Positions 24,907 through 29,066 of a stretch of DNA of 29,066 nucleotides are shown piece by piece. Under the pieces are notes generated by a model, which was given only the letters and a program-made list of their open reading frames with translations, ran no database searches and was not told the origin of the DNA. A program made the translations under genes and the position numbers. How positions within the stretch are numbered: position 1 is the stretch's first letter; every line of letters begins with the position of its first letter. This DNA is from a virus (lineage: Duplodnaviria > Caudoviricetes): positions 1-29,066 of the IMG/VR virus record IMGVR_UViG_3300027653_000044, one strand, 5' to 3'.

Positions 24907-26098
24907 ACTGGTCCCCATTCTATCGCCACCGCTTGGCAGTACTCGTTATAGGGCGCTGTTCGGCGGTCGAGGCTCTGGCAAGTCATTCTCCGTTGCGCTG
25001 ATGGCTGCCGTCTGGGGTTACGCGCAGCCGTTGCGTATCCTGTGTACTCGAGAGTTTCAGGCCAGCATTAAAGAATCATTCCACGCAGAGATCAAAGCCG
25101 CGATTGCTGCCCACCCTTGGCTAGAAGCCCATTACGATGTGGGGGTGGATTATCTGAAGGGCAAGAACGGGACCGAGTTTATATTTCGTGGGCTGCGTCA
25201 CAACTCTCAGGCCATTAAGTCGCTGGCCAAGATTGATCTAACCATTGTCGAAGAGGCCGAAACTGTCCCCGAGCAATCATGGTTGGATCTGGAGGCTACG
25301 GTATTCAGGCAGCCCAATAGCGAGTTGATAGCGATATGGAATCCTCGCACCGATGGCAGTCCGGTAGATAAGAGATTCCGCAAGAACCCGCCCTCTAACG
25401 CCCTGATTGCTGAAGTCAACTGGAACCATAACCCCTATTTCCCGGAAGGTCTTGAGGCGCTTAGAAGGCGCGAGCAAGAGCGCTTGGACCCCGCAACCTA
25501 CGCGCACGTCTGGGAGGGCGCATATCTCGAAAACTCAGACGCTCAGGTATTCAATGGCAAGTACCGGATAGAGGAGTTTGAGGCACCAAAGAAAGGATGG
25601 GATGGGCCATATTTTGGGATAGACTGGGGCTTCTCTCAGGATCCTACGGCAGGCGTTCGCGCTTGGGTGAATGACGACAAGCTGATGATCGATTACGAGT
25701 ATGCCAAGGTGGGTCTAGAGTTGGACGAAACAGCGCAAGCGCTTATCAAAGCAATACCCGGCATCGAAAAGCACACAGTACGTGCAGACAATGCGCGGCC
25801 AGAGACTATCAGCTACGTTAAGCGTAACGGTTTATCACGCATTGAGGGCGTTAAGAAAGGCAAGGGAAGCGTAGAGGACGGTATCCAGTTTATCCGGTCA
25901 TTTCGTGAAGTCATCATTCACCCACGCTGCACAAAAACGCTTGAAGAGTTCCGATTGTACAGCTATAAGGTTGACCGATTGTCTGGTGACGTGCTAAGTG
26001 ATATAGTGGACGCTGACAACCATTTGATTGACGCCCTGAGATATGCTTTGGAGCCAATAATGCGACGAGACAGATACAGCTGGAGCGGATTCGCATGA
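24875..26098 (+). CDS. terL: Terminase large subunit, PBSX family
   Basis: GGRGSGKS, IVEEAE, WNP, GIDWGFSQDP, NHLIDALRYA; start moved to ATG 24875. Confidence 0.95.
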   Translation: MTIAKIKLPPKLVPILSPPLGSTRYRALFGGRGSGKSFSVALMAAVWGYAQPLRILCTREFQASIKESFHAEIKAAIAAHPWLEAHYDVGVDYLKGKNGTEFIFRGLRHNSQAIKSLAKIDLTIVEEAETVPEQSWLDLEATVFRQPNSELIAIWNPRTDGSPVDKRFRKNPPSNALIAEVNWNHNPYFPEGLEALRRREQERLDPATYAHVWEGAYLENSDAQVFNGKYRIEEFEAPKKGWDGPYFGIDWGFSQDPTAGVRAWVNDDKLMIDYEYAKVGLELDETAQALIKAIPGIEKHTVRADNARPETISYVKRNGLSRIEGVKKGKGSVEDGIQFIRSFREVIIHPRCTKTLEEFRLYSYKVDRLSGDVLSDIVDADNHLIDALRYALEPIMRRDRYSWSGFA

Positions 26099-27450
26099 CC
26101 GAAAAGCCCCGAGTGAGGTGTGATTCGAACGGCACTTGGCTGGCTGATGGCTTGTCAAACGTGGTGGCCAACCTGGGCACCCCCAGAGATAAGGCATCCC
26201 ACACCACCTACACCCCCGATATTCTGGATTCGGCCGATCTTGTAAATGCCTATCGTACAAGCTGGCTTGCTGCCGCTATTGTCGATTACCCGGCTGAAGA
26301 TGCGACCCGAAAATGGCGCAACTGGAGGGCCGAGGCTGACCAGATTACCAAGATTGAGGCCGTAGAGAAACGCTTAGGGCTCAAGACCAAAGTACAGGCC
26401 GCGCTTATCACATCCCGCTTGTTGGGCGGATCTGCCATCTATATCAATACCGGCTCGGCTGATCCCAGGGCGCCGCTGACCCCTGGCGAAGAAGTGCGGT
26501 CTCTGGTCGTTCTGAGCAAGGACCAGATAACCCCAAAAGAGATCGTCAAAGACATCGACAGCGAGTATTTCGGGCGCTCTGAATTTTACACGTTGTTCGG
26601 TGGCGCAACAGGCGATTCCAGACCCATTGACATTCACGCTAGCCGGTTTGCTATATTCCCGGGCGCTCAGGTTCCGGGCGCCCTGTACGCCGGTCAGGCT
26701 GGATCAAGCATGTGGGGCGATTCAGTCCTGCAAAAGCGGATGGAGGCGGTCAAGAGCGCAGACAGCGCTGTTGCTAACATATCCTCTCTGATGTACGAAG
26801 CGAACGTCGACGTTATGAGAGTGCAGGGCTATGCCCAGATGCTGGAGAACAATCAGGACGACTTAATTTTACGGCGCGCACGGCTACAGGCGGCAATGAA
26901 GGCCATCAACGGAATGCTGATGACAGACGCCGAGGATAGTTACGAGAGGAAGGGAGCAAACTTCGCGGGGCTGGAAGCTTTGCTTGGCCGCTTCTTCGAC
27001 TGGGCCTCTGGTGCTGCTGGCATTCCAGTTACGCGCCTTTTTGGCCGAGCCGCAGCTGGATTGTCTGGTGGCGGGGACGGTGATGAGCGCGTTTACTACG
27101 ACCGCGTGGAGGATGTGCAGACTGATGATATTGCCTCTGCCATATCTCTGCTGGATGACTGCCTGATCACTCAGGCGCTAGGAGATAGGCCTGCCGAGGT
27201 GTATTATGAATGGGCACCGATGCGACAGAAAACCGAGGCTGAGAATGCCGACATATTCAGCAAATACGCAACTGCCGCCCGCTCTCTCGCCGGGAACGAT
27301 GGTGGCAGCGTGATACCGCTGGATGCGCTTAGTGCTGCAATGGTTAATGCTCTGACCGAATCTGGGGCTCTGCCGGGGCTTGAGGGGTACGTCAAGGACT
27401 GTGGCAGGCAGGCAGAGGAAGAAGGTGAGCTAGGAGATATTTACCCATGA
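26095..27450 (+). CDS. Portal protein (DUF1073 / HI1409 type)
   Basis: Y..SWLA..IVD.PAEDATRKW, GIPVTRLFG, YYDRV; follows terL. Confidence 0.9.
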   Translation: MTEKPRVRCDSNGTWLADGLSNVVANLGTPRDKASHTTYTPDILDSADLVNAYRTSWLAAAIVDYPAEDATRKWRNWRAEADQITKIEAVEKRLGLKTKVQAALITSRLLGGSAIYINTGSADPRAPLTPGEEVRSLVVLSKDQITPKEIVKDIDSEYFGRSEFYTLFGGATGDSRPIDIHASRFAIFPGAQVPGALYAGQAGSSMWGDSVLQKRMEAVKSADSAVANISSLMYEANVDVMRVQGYAQMLENNQDDLILRRARLQAAMKAINGMLMTDAEDSYERKGANFAGLEALLGRFFDWASGAAGIPVTRLFGRAAAGLSGGGDGDERVYYDRVEDVQTDDIASAISLLDDCLITQALGDRPAEVYYEWAPMRQKTEAENADIFSKYATAARSLAGNDGGSVIPLDALSAAMVNALTESGALPGLEGYVKDCGRQAEEEGELGDIYP

Positions 27451-28574
27451 GATTTACAGACAAGGCAAACATCGGCGGCATCAAAGAAACCAAAGAGGGT
27501 TATCTAGTTGCCACCGCCCGCGTAGCCCGCACAGGGGTCCAGAATTACTTGGCCCACGAGCTGGGCGATATCGCCACCAAGGCGGGGTTTCGGCCCAACG
27601 ATATCGTGCGCGTCAACCGCCCGGAGTCAGAGGTGTTCGCAGCCAGGTCTCTGAATACCTTGACCCGCGTTCCGGTAACCGTTGACCACTCCCCAGAGCA
27701 GGTCACGGCAGAGAATTGGGCTAAGTACGCCGTTGGCGATGTGGGCGATGCATACGCGCGTGACGGCGAGTGGGTTGTTGTTAACCCTATGATTAAAGAC
27801 TCCAATGGTATTCAGGCTGCGCGCACAACTCACAAAGAAATCAGCATGGGCTATGAAGCCGACTTGGTTGTGGCAAAAGACAAGGCCATTGCTGATTTTG
27901 ATATGACTAATATCTCGTTTAACCATCTTGCCTTGGTCCCTGCCGGACGGGCCGGGCATCAAGCACGTATTGGCGATTCATGGGGCGCAACCCCAGTTGC
28001 TGATAACCAACCGGGCGCTACGCCCACCACCGTCAACAAAGGAGGACATATGTCCGACTCCATGAAAACGGTTGTCCTGGGTGATTCTGCCGTCCAGGTA
28101 TCCGTAACTGATGTGGCTGCCGTTGAGCAGTTCAAGGCAGATTCAGCTAAGGCGCTCGCTGATGCCAAGGCTGAACACAAGGCCGCTATCGACGCCAAAG
28201 ACGAAGAAATCGGAACTCTGAAAGCGGATCTGAAAGCCGCTAAAGACGCTGCCGTGATCGACGTTGACGCGCTGGTTGCTGCCCGCTCCGAGCTGGTAGC
28301 TAAGGTCAGGGCGCTTGACGCCAAGATCGACCCTACCGGAAAGACCGATGCCGAACTCCGCAAGGCGGCTGTTTCTGCCAAGCTGGGTGACGAGTTTGTC
28401 GCAGATTCCAGTGAGGCCGAGATTAATGGCATGTTCAAGGCTCTTGCCAAAGATGCCAAGGTTGATCCGGTGCGCGATGCCTTCAACACTGGCATCAGTG
28501 ATACCGACCCCATTAACGACGCACAGGCCGGCTACGTTGCGCGCTTGACTCGTCAAACCAAGAAGGAGGCCTAA
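27447..28574 (+). CDS. DUF2213 head maturation protease / scaffold
   Basis: EGYL..ARVARTGVQ.Y, PVT.DH, EISMGY, NHLALV..GRAG; helical Ala/Asp/Lys-rich C-terminal half. Confidence 0.88.
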   Translation: MRFTDKANIGGIKETKEGYLVATARVARTGVQNYLAHELGDIATKAGFRPNDIVRVNRPESEVFAARSLNTLTRVPVTVDHSPEQVTAENWAKYAVGDVGDAYARDGEWVVVNPMIKDSNGIQAARTTHKEISMGYEADLVVAKDKAIADFDMTNISFNHLALVPAGRAGHQARIGDSWGATPVADNQPGATPTTVNKGGHMSDSMKTVVLGDSAVQVSVTDVAAVEQFKADSAKALADAKAEHKAAIDAKDEEIGTLKADLKAAKDAAVIDVDALVAARSELVAKVRALDAKIDPTGKTDAELRKAAVSAKLGDEFVADSSEAEINGMFKALAKDAKVDPVRDAFNTGISDTDPINDAQAGYVARLTRQTKKEA

Positions 28575-28577
28575 GTC

Positions 28578-29063
28578 ATGGCTCTAATTCCTAACGCAAC
28601 AACCATGCCGCGAGGTATCGTGGGCACTTGGGCCAACATGGAAGAGGACAACGCCCGGACTGGTTTCGCTGGTGCTGAGTTCGCTTCTGCTGTTCCCGTA
28701 ATGAAAGGCACGGGCGAAATGGTCTATGTCCCGCTGGCTGATGGCGGTCGTTTCGCAGGCATCGCCCTTCGCACCGTGGACATGGATGGCACCCCGACAG
28801 TTGATGGCGCCGCCACCTTCCGCGAAGGTGATCTGTTCGGCATCGCTGACATGGGCACTGTGTTCGTTCTGGCCGGTGACGATGTGACCGAGGGCGCTGA
28901 CGTGTTCTACGACCCCGCCACCCGCAAGTATCACGGCGCGTCCGCTGCTGGCCTGCTGCCGCTGGCTGGTTGCGAGTTCGACGAAACAGCCGCCGATGGC
29001 GAGCCTGTCGCTCTGCGCATTCGACTCACCCCTGGCGCTGCACCCGTAGCCGAAGAAGAGTAA
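28578..29063 (+). CDS. Head decoration / cement protein
   Basis: GGAGG RBS; 161 aa, FAGIALR and G.VFV.A motifs; usual slot between DUF2213 and the major capsid gene. Confidence 0.7.
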   Translation: MALIPNATTMPRGIVGTWANMEEDNARTGFAGAEFASAVPVMKGTGEMVYVPLADGGRFAGIALRTVDMDGTPTVDGAATFREGDLFGIADMGTVFVLAGDDVTEGADVFYDPATRKYHGASAAGLLPLAGCEFDETAADGEPVALRIRLTPGAAPVAEEE

Positions 29064-29066
29064 GGA

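Noticed and set aside
26095-27450. Anti-CBASS Acb1 label sometimes attached to DUF1073 proteins
   Set aside because: Position, size and motifs are those of a portal; no separate HxT/HxT phosphoesterase domain is visible.

Overview
This is a 29 kb stretch of a tailed dsDNA phage with siphovirus-type organisation and sigma70-type promoters. The host is Gram-negative, judged from the lipoprotein and outer-membrane beta-barrel genes; acidic structural proteins weakly suggest a marine or halotolerant gammaproteobacterium. On the + strand come the 3' part of the tape measure gene, a tail protein with an apparent beta-propeller insertion, a tail fibre/receptor-binding protein, and a lysis cluster (membrane protein, M15A peptidase endolysin, lipoprotein, alpha/beta hydrolase) with no recognisable spanins. 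On the - strand come a separately promoted PagP-like outer-membrane barrel gene, a candidate small RNA, about 20 small accessory genes, and a T1-like replication/recombination module (dUTPase, VRR-NUC, SF2 helicase, YqaJ exonuclease, DUF669-like SSB, Sak4-like ATPase, Prim-Pol primase, HTH). An iteron-rich putative origin sits at the divergence point, followed on + by small early genes, TerS, TerL, portal, DUF2213 protease/scaffold and a head decoration protein. No integrase, CI-type repressor, tRNA or CRISPR array is visible. The best leads are (1) the lipoprotein + lipase pair where spanins are expected, (2) the PagP-like barrel with an adjacent sRNA complementary to its translation start, and (3) a duplicated 37-bp promoter/operator driving small orphan genes, one followed by an HTH gene (acr-aca-like layout). 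All family assignments come from motif recognition by eye, not database searches.
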